Source of the DNA: Candidatus Bathyarchaeota archaeon
GTDB taxonomy: Archaea; Thermoproteota; Bathyarchaeia; Bathyarchaeales; Bathycorpusculaceae
Reading direction: 5' to 3'
Assembly: GCA_963828195.1 (NCBI GenBank)
Contig: CAWHDT010000001.1
Coordinates: forward strand, 96,001-160,000
DNA length: 64,000 nt
Of the stretch, positions 9,030 to 19,778 are shown one piece after another (the first letter of the stretch is position 1; every line of letters begins with the position of its first letter). Made by a program: the position numbers and the translations under genes. The notes beneath the pieces are model-generated. The model made no database searches and was not told the origin of the DNA. It was given only the letters and a program-made list of their open reading frames with translations.

Positions 9030-10142
9030 TTAATCGGTTTTTAAGAGGTTTAGAAGAGTTTTCCCGATAAAATCAACTTGTTCAACTGTGACGCCTGGGT
9101 GAATTGGCAGCGAGAAAACCTGTTTTGCCGCTTTGTCCGTTTCAGGCAGTTTGGCGCTTCCAAAGTTTTCTCGGTAAAACGGCATCTGATGCACAGGGTT
9201 GGTGTAATAGACTTCGGCGCCGACGCCTTTTTTCTTTAGCTCTTCCACAATCTTGTTTCTTTCTGATTCGGTCCCGTCTTTCAGTCTTGCAGTGTATAGA
9301 TACCAGCTGTGCAGTCGGTCTTTTGACTCACAGGGTAAAGTGAGCCTGCTGTTTTCTTTCAGAGTTTTCGTTAGTTCTTGCGCGTTTTGGCGGCGTTTTG
9401 CCACAAAGGGCAGTAATTTTTCTAGTTGCACGTTGCCGATGGCTGCTTGTATTTCGGACATGCGGTAGTTGTTTCCAAGAATCAGGGATGCGTATTTGGC
9501 TTTTTCTCCATGAGTTCGAATCATCCGCAAGACTTCGTCTATCTGGTCATTATTTGTTGTGACCACTCCGCCTTCACCCGCGGTTATATTTTTGCTTGCA
9601 TACAAACTCCAGCAAGCAGCATCAGCCAAGCTTCCCGCAGCCTTACCACCGTACGTTGCTCCGTGCGCTTGGGCAGCATCCTCAATCAACGCTAACCCAT
9701 GTTTCTCAGCGATTTCCCGTAGCGGTTTCATGTCAGCTGAAAAACCATAAAGGTCCACGGGCAGTATAGCCTTAGTCTTTTTTGTGATTGCTTTTTCAAC
9801 GGCACCGGGTGAGAGATTGTAAGTTTCAGCGTCAATGTCAGCAAAAACGGGTTTCCCGCCTGCTAAAACGATTGCTTCGGCAGTGGCTACGAAAGTGAAG
9901 CTGGGCAAAATAACTTCGTCAGCCTGTTTGATACCTACTGAAGCCACAGCAGAGTGCAATGCAGCCGTGCCAGTGTTAACCGCCACAGCATGTTTTACGC
10001 CAGCAAATTTGGCAAAATTTTTCTCAAACTCAGTCACCATTGGACCCGCGCCAAGACCGCTTGTTAACATGCCGCTTCTCAAAACTTTCACTACTGCTTG
10101 AACTTCTTCTTCGCCGATCTCTGGCTTATTAATTGGTATCAT
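9030..10142 (-). CDS. DegT/DnrJ/EryC1/StrS PLP-dependent sugar aminotransferase
   Basis: GTAALH, FTFVAT, IEDAAQAHG, SLYASKNITAGEGG, GNNYRMSE. Confidence 0.95.
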   Translation of the reverse strand: MIPINKPEIGEEEVQAVVKVLRSGMLTSGLGAGPMVTEFEKNFAKFAGVKHAVAVNTGTAALHSAVASVGIKQADEVILPSFTFVATAEAIVLAGGKPVFADIDAETYNLSPGAVEKAITKKTKAILPVDLYGFSADMKPLREIAEKHGLALIEDAAQAHGATYGGKAAGSLADAACWSLYASKNITAGEGGVVTTNNDQIDEVLRMIRTHGEKAKYASLILGNNYRMSEIQAAIGNVQLEKLLPFVAKRRQNAQELTKTLKENSRLTLPCESKDRLHSWYLYTARLKDGTESERNKIVEELKKKGVGAEVYYTNPVHQMPFYRENFGSAKLPETDKAAKQVFSLPIHPGVTVEQVDFIGKTLLNLLKTD

Positions 10143-10217
10143 TATTTAGCCTCACTTTGTTGGGATACTGCTCACACGCTACTATTTCATTTTTTCCGAC
10201 GATTAATAGAAAAACGA

Positions 10218-11351
10218 TTATTCTACAGCCATTTTTCGCAGGATTTTGTAGTCAACTACAACTCTGATTTCCTGTGCCCTAAGATCTTGATCCAGTTCTG
10301 CGTCGCCTGTGTCAACCCTTAAACTCTTCAATCTGTCCAATTTGCTTTTTGTCGCAACCACAACAATGTTGTCTAAGCCCACTTGACGGATAACTTTCGC
10401 GCTTATCTGCTGATTGCCTCTGCCAAAAATGAAGCCCTGACCCCCAATCGGCGTCACAATTATCCCTGCCTCTTTTCCAGCTATGGCTTGCAGTATTTGT
10501 TTCTCGTTTGCGTCGTTGACGACTATTTTTTTGTTTTGAAATAAGTCTACTCCAAGAAGCGTTTTTTTCTGGTCCAAGAGGTCGCTGATAGTGCGGGTGG
10601 TTGTTCCAGGTCCCATTATATAAATGGTGCTTGGCTTCATTTCTTCGATAATATAAATTGCCGTGGCTGCTTGGTTTCGCATTTCGCTCTCTGTCATTGG
10701 GCTTTCAAGTTTGTTGCCCTGAATCAAGCTGGGCTCGTAGGGGCTTAGCATGTACCCGTAGAGTTCGGCGGAAAGATGACCTTCTCTGAAGGCTTGTTCA
10801 TCTATATCCATGACTTCGGCCTCATGCAATGGCAATCCAACCCAAAGATATCTGAGGGCTACTCTTGCCGCCGCCTGAGGAGTAACGGCGAATATGGCGC
10901 TGTGCATTTTGACTCCTGTGGGAACCCCAAGCACAGGAACCTTCATGCCGACGGCTTTTTGTACGTCGCGAGCGGTTCCGTCGCCGCCGCAGAAAACAAG
11001 CAAATCGACCTTGGCTGCGATCATTGCTTTGGCGATGCCTTGGGTGTCTTGGGAAGTTGTTTCGCCTCTACATTCACCGATTGCCTCAAAAGCCAAACCG
11101 CATTTTTTAGCCTCATGCTCCCCCATGCCACCTGCACCAACCATCAGACGCAAATCGTCAGCCTCCACCAAACCAGCAAGAAAAATTTCGGCTCTCGCCG
11201 CCGCTATAGGTTTAGCCCCAAGCGAAATGGCTTTCTCCAAAACTGCTTTGCCATCTGTTCCTTTCAACCCGACTGCGCCGCCCATTCCAGCAACTGGGTT
11301 AACGATGAAACCGATGGTTTTTGTTGGCAAACTTTTCTGTGGAACGGGCAA
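10218..11351 (-). CDS. ATP-NAD kinase-like protein (AcoX-related family)
   Basis: NPVAGMGGAVGLKGTDG, GGDGTARD, GVKMHS, GGQGFIFGRGNQQ. Confidence 0.88.
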   Translation of the reverse strand: MPVPQKSLPTKTIGFIVNPVAGMGGAVGLKGTDGKAVLEKAISLGAKPIAAARAEIFLAGLVEADDLRLMVGAGGMGEHEAKKCGLAFEAIGECRGETTSQDTQGIAKAMIAAKVDLLVFCGGDGTARDVQKAVGMKVPVLGVPTGVKMHSAIFAVTPQAAARVALRYLWVGLPLHEAEVMDIDEQAFREGHLSAELYGYMLSPYEPSLIQGNKLESPMTESEMRNQAATAIYIIEEMKPSTIYIMGPGTTTRTISDLLDQKKTLLGVDLFQNKKIVVNDANEKQILQAIAGKEAGIIVTPIGGQGFIFGRGNQQISAKVIRQVGLDNIVVVATKSKLDRLKSLRVDTGDAELDQDLRAQEIRVVVDYKILRKMAVE

Positions 11352-11541
11352 TAGGAATAACCTAAGTTGGTATTGGAGCGCTAGGATAAAAAGAAAATGT
11401 GACTGTGAGGTGACCTATTTGGATCCTAACAGATTCGATTGAGTCTTTTATGAAAAATTGCGTTAAACTCCGGCAAATAAGCATCTCAGGTTAAACGCTC
11501 TATTACCGCAATCAGAGTGCAGGTTGCTGCATGGACAGAAG

Positions 11542-11588
11542 GAAGAAGAAGAAAAACGATTTTTCCAACCTTCTTCTTCTTTTAAAAA
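11542..11588. repeat. Dispersed palindromic element, copy A
   Basis: GAAGAAGAAGAAAAACGATTT-N7-CTTCTTCTTCTTTTAAAAA; identical arms at 59627-59673. Confidence 0.85.
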
Positions 11589-11655
11589 ACATCGCTCCGC
11601 AAAATTTTCACGCAGTCGCCATTTGGATATCTATAAGACCGAGAGGGTAGACTGT

Positions 11656-11685
11656 GAGAAAGAGAGAGAAAGAGAGAGAAAGAGA
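11656..11685. repeat. Tandem 10-bp repeat (GAGAAAGAGA x3); pyrimidine tract on the trpB2 strand, probably terminator region
   Basis: Three exact units just downstream of the trpB2 stop. Confidence 0.75.
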
Positions 11686-11717
11686 AAATGAGTTAAGGAA
11701 AGAGAAAAGAGTGGAGC

Positions 11718-13130
11718 TTAGAGTGTTTCGCAGCTTATGTATTTCTTGTTGACTTCGTCGAGCCATGGGTATAGCTTGTGCAGTTTTTTCATTGATTCCT
11801 CAACTTTCTGCGCTGGATACTCGTATGCTTGGAGGTTGCCGCTGAAGTATTCGTCGTATGCTGCCATGTCAAAGTAGCCGTGGCCGCAGAGCACGAACAG
11901 GATGGTTTTTGCTTCACCCGTTTTTTTGCAGCGAAGTGCTTCGTCGATGACACCTTTGATTGCGTGAGAGGGTTCAGGCGCTGGGATAATGCCTTCGGAT
12001 TGGATGAAGAGTTTCGCGGCGTCGAAAACCTCCAGTTGATTGAAGGCTTCGGTTGTCATCTTTTTCTCCTGCACTAACTTGCTTATCACAGGGGAAATGC
12101 CGTGGTAACGTAATCCGCCCGCATGTATGGGTGCAGGGATGAAGTCGTGGCCGATGGTGTGCATTGGGACAAGCGGCGTCAGTTTTGCTGTGTCGCCGTG
12201 ATCGTACTGGTAGTATCCTTTAGTGACTTTGGGGCAAGCCGTGGCTTCGGTCGCGACGAACTTTGTCTTTTTAGGCGCCTTCTTCGAGACTTGGTCATAG
12301 TAAAAGGGCCACATCAACCCGTTGAAGCTGCTGCCTCCACCTATGCATCCGTAGACCACGTCAGGGTAATCATCCACCAACTCAAGCTGCTTCTTAGCTT
12401 CTAAGCCTTCAACAGTCTGGTGCAAGCAAACATGATTAAAGACGCTGCCGATCGCGTAGTTAGTTTCTTTCTCGTTAACAAGAGCATCTTCCACCGCCTC
12501 GCTGATGGCTATGCCAAGGCTGCCTTTGTTATCCGGGTCTTCCTCAAGGATTTTTCTACCTGCCTCCGTCCTGGCGCTCGGGCTCGGAATACATTCTGCG
12601 CCAAAAGCCTTCATCATCATCTTTCGGTATGGTTTCTGGTCATAGCTTGCACGCACCATGTAAATGGTGGCTTTAAGCCCGAAAGTCATGGCTGCAAACG
12701 CCAAAGCGGAACCCCACTGGCCTGCGCCTGTTTCCGTGGACAGACGCTCGGTGCCTTCTTTCATGTTATAATAGGCTTGGGGCACGGCGGTGTTGGGTTT
12801 GTGGCTTCCAGCTGGGCTGACGCCTTCGTATTTGTAGTAGATTTTTGCTGGTGTTTTTAACGCTTTTTCCAACCCGAGGGCTCTGAAAAGCGGGGAGGGT
12901 CTCCAGATTCGGTAGACTTCTCGAACTTCCTCAGGTATGTCTATCCATCGTTCTTGGCTTATTTCTTGGCCGATGATTGCTTTTGGGAATATTCTTGGGA
13001 CTATTCCGACGCCGGGCTGTTTTGTTGCTGCATCGATGAATGGTGGCAGCGGCTTGGGCAAGTCGGGAACTATGTTATACCACTGTTTGGGTATATCGTC
13101 TTCGTTGAGTAAGATTTTTCTGTTTGGCAT
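11718..13130 (-). CDS. trpB2: Tryptophan synthase beta chain 2 (TrpB2)
   Basis: [45 protein letters not shown]. Confidence 0.95.
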   Translation of the reverse strand: MPNRKILLNEDDIPKQWYNIVPDLPKPLPPFIDAATKQPGVGIVPRIFPKAIIGQEISQERWIDIPEEVREVYRIWRPSPLFRALGLEKALKTPAKIYYKYEGVSPAGSHKPNTAVPQAYYNMKEGTERLSTETGAGQWGSALAFAAMTFGLKATIYMVRASYDQKPYRKMMMKAFGAECIPSPSARTEAGRKILEEDPDNKGSLGIAISEAVEDALVNEKETNYAIGSVFNHVCLHQTVEGLEAKKQLELVDDYPDVVYGCIGGGSSFNGLMWPFYYDQVSKKAPKKTKFVATEATACPKVTKGYYQYDHGDTAKLTPLVPMHTIGHDFIPAPIHAGGLRYHGISPVISKLVQEKKMTTEAFNQLEVFDAAKLFIQSEGIIPAPEPSHAIKGVIDEALRCKKTGEAKTILFVLCGHGYFDMAAYDEYFSGNLQAYEYPAQKVEESMKKLHKLYPWLDEVNKKYISCETL

Positions 13131-13192
13131 TTTTTTCGCCTTTTGTCTTTTAAGCTATGAAACGTACCTCCAAGTTTTATTTAAGGCTTTTG

Positions 13193-13208
13193 TGTACACA
13201 TTTGTACA
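13193..13208. promoter_or_regulatory. Paired TRP boxes (TGTACA-N4-TGTACA), TrpY operator
   Basis: TGTACA at 13193 and 13203 between the divergent TATA boxes of trpB2 and the TrpY-like gene. Confidence 0.8.
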
Positions 13209-13276
13209 TGAAACAGGAGAGGGTTAAACAACACATTTATACTTAAAAGAACAAAAACATACATAAGCGAAACAAA

Positions 13277-13780
13277 ATGTGGAGCCAAATAAAAAACCAA
13301 ATGCAAAACTACCCCGAACGACTCAGAGTAGCACGCGTCCTAATAGAAAACGGACTAAGCGTCCACGGCAACAAAATATGCCTAAACCAAATCGAAATCC
13401 CCCCAGTACGCATAGCCAGAGCTGCAGCAGTAGATCGCAGAACAGTAAACGAAACATTAAACACAATAAAAGCCAACCCTGAACTCAAATTAATTTTTGA
13501 AGAAATACGTCCAGCTGGACACTCGCTAAGAGAAATTGCCAAACACCTCAATCTCGGAGTCTTAGAAATAACTCCTGTAAACGCAAAATCGCCGGGGATC
13601 TTATCCAGCGCAGCCACGATTCTTAACAGAGCAGGATTAAGCATTAGACAAGCCATCGTTGATGACCCTGAACTCTCACCGGAGCCAAAACTCACTTTAA
13701 TAGTTGAGAAAAAAATCCCAGGCGAATTAATCCCTGAACTGCTCGAAATATCGGGTGTAGCTAAAGTTTCAGTGTACTGA
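13277..13780 (+). CDS. trpY: TrpY-like HTH-ACT regulator (COG2150)
   Basis: IARAAAVDRRTV HTH, ACT domain PGILS...LSIRQAIVDDPEL; divergent from trpB2 with TRP boxes between. Confidence 0.8.
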   Translation: MWSQIKNQMQNYPERLRVARVLIENGLSVHGNKICLNQIEIPPVRIARAAAVDRRTVNETLNTIKANPELKLIFEEIRPAGHSLREIAKHLNLGVLEITPVNAKSPGILSSAATILNRAGLSIRQAIVDDPELSPEPKLTLIVEKKIPGELIPELLEISGVAKVSVY

Positions 13781-13934
13781 ATCGCGTGGCAAAAATGAAA
13801 CAAAGAAAACTGTAAAAGCAGAACAAATGATGCAGAAAACGCTTTCCTAAGCCTTGTTAATTATGCATTGACTAGAAAAACTTATATGGCTAGTAACATT
13901 TTGTTGTTGTTCGCGTTACAGGAGATTACTTGAT

Positions 13935-15608
13935 TTGTCATCATTTCCAACCCAAGCGGGCGGCGTACCCATTCTTGTTTTGAAAGAAGGTTCAAACCGG
14001 TCCCGCGGAAGAGAAGCACAGCATGGAAACATAACTGCTGCCAAAGTTGTAGGTGAAAGTGTCCGAAGCTCTTTAGGCCCTAAAGGCATGGATAAAATGT
14101 TAGTTGACAACTTCGGAGACACCACAATAACAAGTGATGGTCGAACCATCTTAGATGAGATGGATATTCAGCATCCGGCAGCCAAAATGCTCGTTGAAAT
14201 TGCTAAAACCCAAGACAACGAAGCGGGCGATGGAACAACATCAGTAGTGATTATTGCAGGTGAGCTTCTCAATAAAGCGGAAGAATTAATTGACAAAAAT
14301 GTTCACCCAACAATCATCATTGAAGGTTATAGGGTGGCTGCTGAAAAAGCGCTGGAGACACTGGAAAAAATAGCCATACCGGTGGATCTGAAGTCTCAGG
14401 ATTACTTGAAAAAAGCTGCAACAACCTCGATGGGAAGCAAAATCGTTGCTGAATACAAAGATTACTTGGCGGACTTAGCTGTTAAGGCAATGATAGCGGT
14501 CACCGAGGAAAACGACGGAGTCTACAAGGCGGATGTTGACGACGTAAAAGTCGAAAAGAAAACAGGGGAATCACTAAGCGACACCAGCCTGATAAACGGC
14601 ATAGTTTTAGACAAAGAGATCGTTCAATCAGGAATGCCCAAGCGTGTGGAAAAAGCAAAGATTGCATTACTTGATGTTTCATTAGAGATTGAAAAACCCG
14701 AGTTAGATGCTAAAATAAACATCGAAAGCCCCGACCAGATTGAAGCGTTCCTCAAGCAAGAAGAAACAATGCTAAAAGAAATAACTAACAAAATTTTAGC
14801 GTCGGGCGCCAATGTAGTAGTGTGCCAAAAGGGCATAGATGATATGGTTCAGCATTTCCTTTCAAGGAAAGGAACCATCGCCATTAGAAGAGCCAAAAAA
14901 TCGGACGTGGAAAAACTCGCAAAAGCCACAGGCGGAAAGATAATTTCTAACTTGGACGATATTTCATCCTCAGACCTCGGGTACGCGGCTTTGGTGGAAG
15001 AACGAAGAATTGGCGACGACAAAATGACTTTCGTTGAAGGCTGCAAGAACCCCAAAGCAGTCACCATCTTAATCAGAGCTGGAACTCAACGCATGACTGC
15101 AGAAGCCGAACGCTCAATCCACGATGCGCTATGCGTTATCAGGGATCTAATTCAAGAGCCAAAAATCGTGGCTGGAGGAAGCGCTCCTGAACTTGAAATG
15201 GCGAGCGTACTTAGAAAATACGCTGAAAAAATGCCAGGCAGAGAACAACTTGCAGTCAGGATGTTCGCTGAAGCCCTCGAATCTATAACCGTGACGCTTG
15301 CTGAAAACGCCGGCTTAGACCCAATCGACATACTTTCAGAATTACGATCCAGACACGAAAAAGGAGAAACATGGGCTGGCATAGAAGTCTTAACTGGAAA
15401 AATCCAGGACATGTCAAAAGTAAACATTTTTGAGCCCCTCTCAGTTAAAAAACAAATAATCAAATCAGCAAACGAAGCAGCATCCATGATACTCAAAATC
15501 GACGATGTCATTGCCTCAGGCAAAATGAAGGGACCACCACCAGGAGCCATGGGCGGCGGCGGAATGGGTGGAATGGGCGGAGGATATCCAGGTGCTGGAG
15601 AGTATTAA
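13935..15608 (+). CDS. ths: Thermosome (group II chaperonin) subunit
   Basis: [28 protein letters not shown]-rich tail. Confidence 0.97.
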   Translation: MSSFPTQAGGVPILVLKEGSNRSRGREAQHGNITAAKVVGESVRSSLGPKGMDKMLVDNFGDTTITSDGRTILDEMDIQHPAAKMLVEIAKTQDNEAGDGTTSVVIIAGELLNKAEELIDKNVHPTIIIEGYRVAAEKALETLEKIAIPVDLKSQDYLKKAATTSMGSKIVAEYKDYLADLAVKAMIAVTEENDGVYKADVDDVKVEKKTGESLSDTSLINGIVLDKEIVQSGMPKRVEKAKIALLDVSLEIEKPELDAKINIESPDQIEAFLKQEETMLKEITNKILASGANVVVCQKGIDDMVQHFLSRKGTIAIRRAKKSDVEKLAKATGGKIISNLDDISSSDLGYAALVEERRIGDDKMTFVEGCKNPKAVTILIRAGTQRMTAEAERSIHDALCVIRDLIQEPKIVAGGSAPELEMASVLRKYAEKMPGREQLAVRMFAEALESITVTLAENAGLDPIDILSELRSRHEKGETWAGIEVLTGKIQDMSKVNIFEPLSVKKQIIKSANEAASMILKIDDVIASGKMKGPPPGAMGGGGMGGMGGGYPGAGEY

Positions 15609-15612
15609 AATA

Positions 15613-15855
15613 ATGTCAGAACAAAAAATAACAGTTGGACCACCAAAAATTACTCGCTTCGAGAAAGCAAGAATAGTTGGAGCTCGAGCGCTTCAAATTT
15701 CGATGGGAGCACCGATTTTGGTGGATGCAAGTGAAAATACAAACCCGATTGACATCGCTCTGAAAGAACTTGACGCTAGAATACTGCCGATAACGATCAG
15801 AAGGACATTGCCAGACGGAACTTTCCAAGATATCCCATTGAAATGGCTAACTTAA
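15613..15855 (+). CDS. rpo6: RNA polymerase subunit Rpo6 (K)
   Basis: [21 protein letters not shown]...LPITIRR. Confidence 0.96.
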   Translation: MSEQKITVGPPKITRFEKARIVGARALQISMGAPILVDASENTNPIDIALKELDARILPITIRRTLPDGTFQDIPLKWLT

Positions 15856-15857
15856 GC

Positions 15858-16346
15858 TCAATCTTTTCCTTTCGATTCTTCAAGTTTTGCCTGCGCTTCG
15901 TTAATTGTGTTGTTGATTTGTTTCCAGTGTGCTCCTTGCCAGTAGATTTGCCCGCAATTTGGGCATTTCCAAAACTTATCGTAGTAGGTGAACGTGTTTT
16001 TCTGTAGTTCGCCTGAAAGCTGCTCTTTCGGGGTAGCCTTAAGTTTTGTGTTGCATAGCGGGCAATGGGACTTTTCCATATCTGCCTCTAACGTTAAACT
16101 GTATCTTCTGGCAACTTCTGCCAACCGTTCGGATTCCGATTTTCCTCCAACGAAAAAGGCACCTATGCCTTTGGTCACGGCACGTTTGTAGAGCTCTAAA
16201 TCTTTAGTTAATAAAACTCTGTTTTCATTTTTTGCAAACTCAAGAAGTTCAGAATCACTCAGTTCGGTCGAGTATATGACGTCATGCCCCAAGATGCGTA
16301 GCCAACGCGCCAGTTTCCCAAGCATACCATCTGCCAAGAATTTCAC
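15858..16346 (-). CDS. Mut7-C RNase domain protein (PIN fold plus zinc ribbon)
   Basis: KFLADGMLGKLARWLRILG, CPLCN, CPNCGQIYWQGAHW. Confidence 0.92.
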   Translation of the reverse strand: MKFLADGMLGKLARWLRILGHDVIYSTELSDSELLEFAKNENRVLLTKDLELYKRAVTKGIGAFFVGGKSESERLAEVARRYSLTLEADMEKSHCPLCNTKLKATPKEQLSGELQKNTFTYYDKFWKCPNCGQIYWQGAHWKQINNTINEAQAKLEESKGKD

Positions 16347-17689
16347 ACGTTGCCTCTCCGAACAATTGAGCCGCTGCCAGCTTTAGCAACTATTTCGCCC
16401 TCATCGAAAACTAACAATCCGCCCACAAAAGTCTTAACGGGCTTACCTTGAACTTCCCACCCGTCATACGGGGAATATTTGGCTTTGGACTTGAATTTTG
16501 AAGCGTCTATTTTGAATTTACGGTTAAAATCTATCACAGTTAAATCTGCGTTCTTTCCCTGCTCCAAGCGACCACGGTCAGTCAAGCCGTAAATCTCAGC
16601 CGGTTTCTCTGCTAGAAGCTGAACCGCCTGGGTAAAGGACAACCGATTCTTCTTTACAAGCGTCAAAATAAGCGGCAACGTTGTTTCTAAACCTGGCACG
16701 CCAACTTTAACATCCCAAACGCTGCTTGCAGACTTTTCATTGGAGGCATGGGGTGCATGGTCTGAACCCAAAGCGTCAACCCATCCGTCTTCCAAACCCT
16801 TCCATAACGCTTCAACATGGCTTTTGCCGCGGACAGGGGGAGCCATAATCAGCAGTTGCCCGTAATGCTCCAAATCAGCAGTTGATAACAAAAGATGATT
16901 GGGGGTAACTTCACAGGTTACTTTTCTTCCAGATTTCTTTGCTTCAACAATAGCGTTTAAACCCTTTTCAGTCGTAACATGACAAAAATGCAGCCGCACA
17001 TCTGTTGGTGCGCTCGTTTTTAGTAGGCGTTCTATGGCGTCTAACTCAACCATTTCTGAATGTGCATCCTGAAAAGCAGCGATGCCGTTCTTTTGGGCTT
17101 GCTTAAGTTTCTCCTCGTTTTTTATAAGTAACGCTTTATCTTCAGCATGTACCGCTACTGGCAAGTTAACTTTGGCGGCCTCTTTGAATGCATCAGCTAA
17201 GTCTTCGTCGCTATCAATGTTTAAACCGCCGACTTGGCTACCCATAAAAAGCTTAAACCCCACGGCCCCTTCGGAAACAATATCTGCTAAATCAGCCATT
17301 TTTTTGGGAAATTCAGAGTAGAATCCGACGTTTACAAGAATTTTTCTTTCTGCCAAATCCATGCGATTTCTTAAGGCGCTTGAACTCATCGTTACTGGTT
17401 CATTGTTAGGCATATCCAAAACAGTAGTGAAGCCTCCAGCGGCTGCAGCGGCGGTGCCTGTTTGGAAGTCTTCTTTGTACGCTTTTGCCTCGTCCCGCAG
17501 GTGAACATGCTCATCTATTAAGCCTGGCAGGACTAAAAGATTTTTCAGGTTAGTTTTTTGGTCTGCGCTCGGCATTTGTGTTTCTTTGCCGATTTTGAAG
17601 ATTTTGCCTTCTTCAATGGCTATGCTGCAATCGACAATTTGCCCGTTGAGGTAGGCTTTGGCGTTTGTAAGGACAGAATCAACAATCAA
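16343..17689 (-). CDS. pyrC: Dihydroorotase family cyclic amidohydrolase
   Basis: LPGLIDEHVHLR, GGFTTVLDMPN, CEVTPNHL, GSDHAPH. Confidence 0.85.
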   Translation of the reverse strand: MIVDSVLTNAKAYLNGQIVDCSIAIEEGKIFKIGKETQMPSADQKTNLKNLLVLPGLIDEHVHLRDEAKAYKEDFQTGTAAAAAGGFTTVLDMPNNEPVTMSSSALRNRMDLAERKILVNVGFYSEFPKKMADLADIVSEGAVGFKLFMGSQVGGLNIDSDEDLADAFKEAAKVNLPVAVHAEDKALLIKNEEKLKQAQKNGIAAFQDAHSEMVELDAIERLLKTSAPTDVRLHFCHVTTEKGLNAIVEAKKSGRKVTCEVTPNHLLLSTADLEHYGQLLIMAPPVRGKSHVEALWKGLEDGWVDALGSDHAPHASNEKSASSVWDVKVGVPGLETTLPLILTLVKKNRLSFTQAVQLLAEKPAEIYGLTDRGRLEQGKNADLTVIDFNRKFKIDASKFKSKAKYSPYDGWEVQGKPVKTFVGGLLVFDEGEIVAKAGSGSIVRRGNV

Positions 17690-17815
17690 ACTGTTTCACG
17701 GTCTATTGAATAGCGGGTAGTTTGGAAATTTAAGTTTATTTATGGCAAAATGCGATTGGTTTAAGATTGTCTAAGGGCAACTTTAATTTTTTGTTAAAAT
17801 AATTAAGAAAACAAG

Positions 17816-18400
17816 TTATTTTTCTTGTTCCTGTTCTATTCTGCATTCGTCGCAGATGTTTTGCCCGTTTCGTTCTTTGAGGCTATCGGAATAGACGTTG
17901 CATCGGTCACAGTAGCCCGACACAGGCGCCTCTTCGGTTTCTTCAGTTCGATTTGCATCTTCAATGCGTGACTTTTCAAGGATTATTTCTATTAGTTCAG
18001 GCATCACACCCAAAATATCTTTGCTCGAGATTATTCCGACAAGGTTGCTTTTGTAAATAACGCCGAGTCGTCTGATATCCAGCCTGTTCATTTGACGTGC
18101 TGCTTCAGTTATTGTTGCGTCTGGTTCGATTGTTACCAAGGGGGTTGTCATGATTTCTTTGGCTTTGACAGTGTCAGGTTTCAGGTTTTTTGCCAAAACC
18201 CTCTTCACTAAGTCACGCTCAGTAATGATACCAAGCGAAGCCCCAGCCTTATTTGTAACAATCACGCAGCCCAAATCATTTTTATCCATCACAGTCCCAA
18301 CTTTGTTTGAGGCTTCACCTTCGGGCACTGTAACTACTGGGCTGCTCATTACGTCTTTCACCAGCATTTTCGTTCTTAAACCGATTTCAGACATCGCCAA
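17816..18400 (-). CDS. CBS-pair protein with C-terminal zinc ribbon
   Basis: VKDVMSSP, GIITERDLV, GIISSKDIL; GYCDRC...ICDEC. Confidence 0.9.
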   Translation of the reverse strand: MAMSEIGLRTKMLVKDVMSSPVVTVPEGEASNKVGTVMDKNDLGCVIVTNKAGASLGIITERDLVKRVLAKNLKPDTVKAKEIMTTPLVTIEPDATITEAARQMNRLDIRRLGVIYKSNLVGIISSKDILGVMPELIEIILEKSRIEDANRTEETEEAPVSGYCDRCNVYSDSLKERNGQNICDECRIEQEQEK

Positions 18401-18552
18401 TTTCCTTCTGACAGTTTTTGGAGAAGATTTGCTTCACTGCAACAATAAAGAGCCGTGTAATTTAAGATTTGCTTTAACGAAAAAAGGCTGTTTTCTGTAA
18501 AGTTTTATTAGACGCACCGTTGATATGGTCAAATGTTCGATGAGTAATAATT

Positions 18553-19440
18553 ATGCTTAAAACAAACGTTGAAAAACTCGTAAAAATTTCAGTTATGGGA
18601 GAAATAGCTAGCCCAACAATCAGGTCAGTTTATAACGTTTCAGCAACAGGCAAACCTTTGGTTCTACCTGGAGTAGGCGGGATAACGTATAATCTAAGAG
18701 TGGGCGATCCAGCATGCGGTTGGGAGGCTGATCATGTAGAGCCCGGCGTTAGCGTGGAAAACAAGGAAAACGATGCCCGATCGGGACAGGCTGCTAACAC
18801 CGCCTTCAACGTGCTGTCATGCGTCGGAAACAAAGCCTCCGTAGTAAACGGTGACGCTAAGGGCGCTGAGGGAACTGTCACGGGCAAACATGGCGGAATC
18901 GAACATGTACTGATAGATTTTCCCCAAGCAATTTTGGAGAAACTAGTGCTCGGCGATAGAATTCTTGTGAAAGCTTTCGGCGTCGGCTTAAAGTTGGAAG
19001 ATTACCCAGAAATTAAAATCTTAAACATGGATCCAGCGATGCTTGACGCTTGGAACATAGAACCTCAAGGAGAAAAACTTGAAGTGCCAGTTACCCATAT
19101 TGTGCCCGCGGCGATCATGGGTTCAGGTTTAGGCGCTAACCAAGTTAACTCGGGCGATTATGATATTCAATTGTTCGATGAAAAAGTCGTGGAGCAGTAC
19201 GGGCTTGAAAGTTTGAGGCTGGGAGATTTAGTAGCAATTATTGACGCTGACCATTCGTTCGGCAGAATTTACCGTCAAGGCGCTATTTCAGTAGGCGTCG
19301 TAATTCACACTAACTGCGTTACCGCTGGACACGGGCCAGGAGTTACAACCTTGATGACGTCTCCAGATGGAAAAATTATCCCTCAAATAAGTAAAGAAGC
19401 AAACATTGCTAAACTTTTAAAATTAAGAGCACATATATAA
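18553..19440 (+). CDS. DUF4438 family protein
   Basis: LPGVGGITYN, DHVEPGVS, TGKHGGIEHV, GDYDI, AGHGPGVT. Confidence 0.85.
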   Translation: MLKTNVEKLVKISVMGEIASPTIRSVYNVSATGKPLVLPGVGGITYNLRVGDPACGWEADHVEPGVSVENKENDARSGQAANTAFNVLSCVGNKASVVNGDAKGAEGTVTGKHGGIEHVLIDFPQAILEKLVLGDRILVKAFGVGLKLEDYPEIKILNMDPAMLDAWNIEPQGEKLEVPVTHIVPAAIMGSGLGANQVNSGDYDIQLFDEKVVEQYGLESLRLGDLVAIIDADHSFGRIYRQGAISVGVVIHTNCVTAGHGPGVTTLMTSPDGKIIPQISKEANIAKLLKLRAHI

Positions 19441-19487
19441 GATAGTTTAATGCATATTTGGAAATCAAGAGAAAGAGGTTAAAGTAA

Positions 19488-19778
19488 TTGCCATCTAAGC
19501 GAAAAAGCCGAGGAAGAGCAAAAGGAAGCAAAGGAAGCAGCAGCCTTGTTCAATGCGCCAATTGTGGAGCCATGGTTCCGCGTGACAAGGCAAAGAGAAA
19601 CACCCGTCGTGTGTCATTTGTTGAGCCTCAGTTAGCTAAGGAGCTTCGACAGAAAGGCACTTTTCTAGCTTCATGGGTTGACACGAAATACTACTGCATA
19701 TCCTGCGCTGTTCACCGCGGCATTGTTAATGTCAGAGCCGAAAGCGAGCGTCACTCAAGAGCCAAAAGAAGATACTAA
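19488..19778 (+). CDS. rps26e: 30S ribosomal protein S26e (eS26)
   Basis: KRKSRGRAKG...VQCANCGAMVPRDKA...YCISCAVHRGIV. Confidence 0.96.
   Translation: MPSKRKSRGRAKGSKGSSSLVQCANCGAMVPRDKAKRNTRRVSFVEPQLAKELRQKGTFLASWVDTKYYCISCAVHRGIVNVRAESERHSRAKRRY

Noticed and set aside
10776-11442. Long plus-strand ORFs opposite the ATP-NAD kinase gene, and similar shadows opposite trpB2, cofD, thermosome, SPFH and the ABC permease
   Set aside because: Antisense shadows of well-supported genes with no recognisable motifs
15858-16346. Mut7-C and PIN (54520) proteins as toxin-antitoxin toxins
   Set aside because: No adjacent antitoxin; both sit in housekeeping contexts
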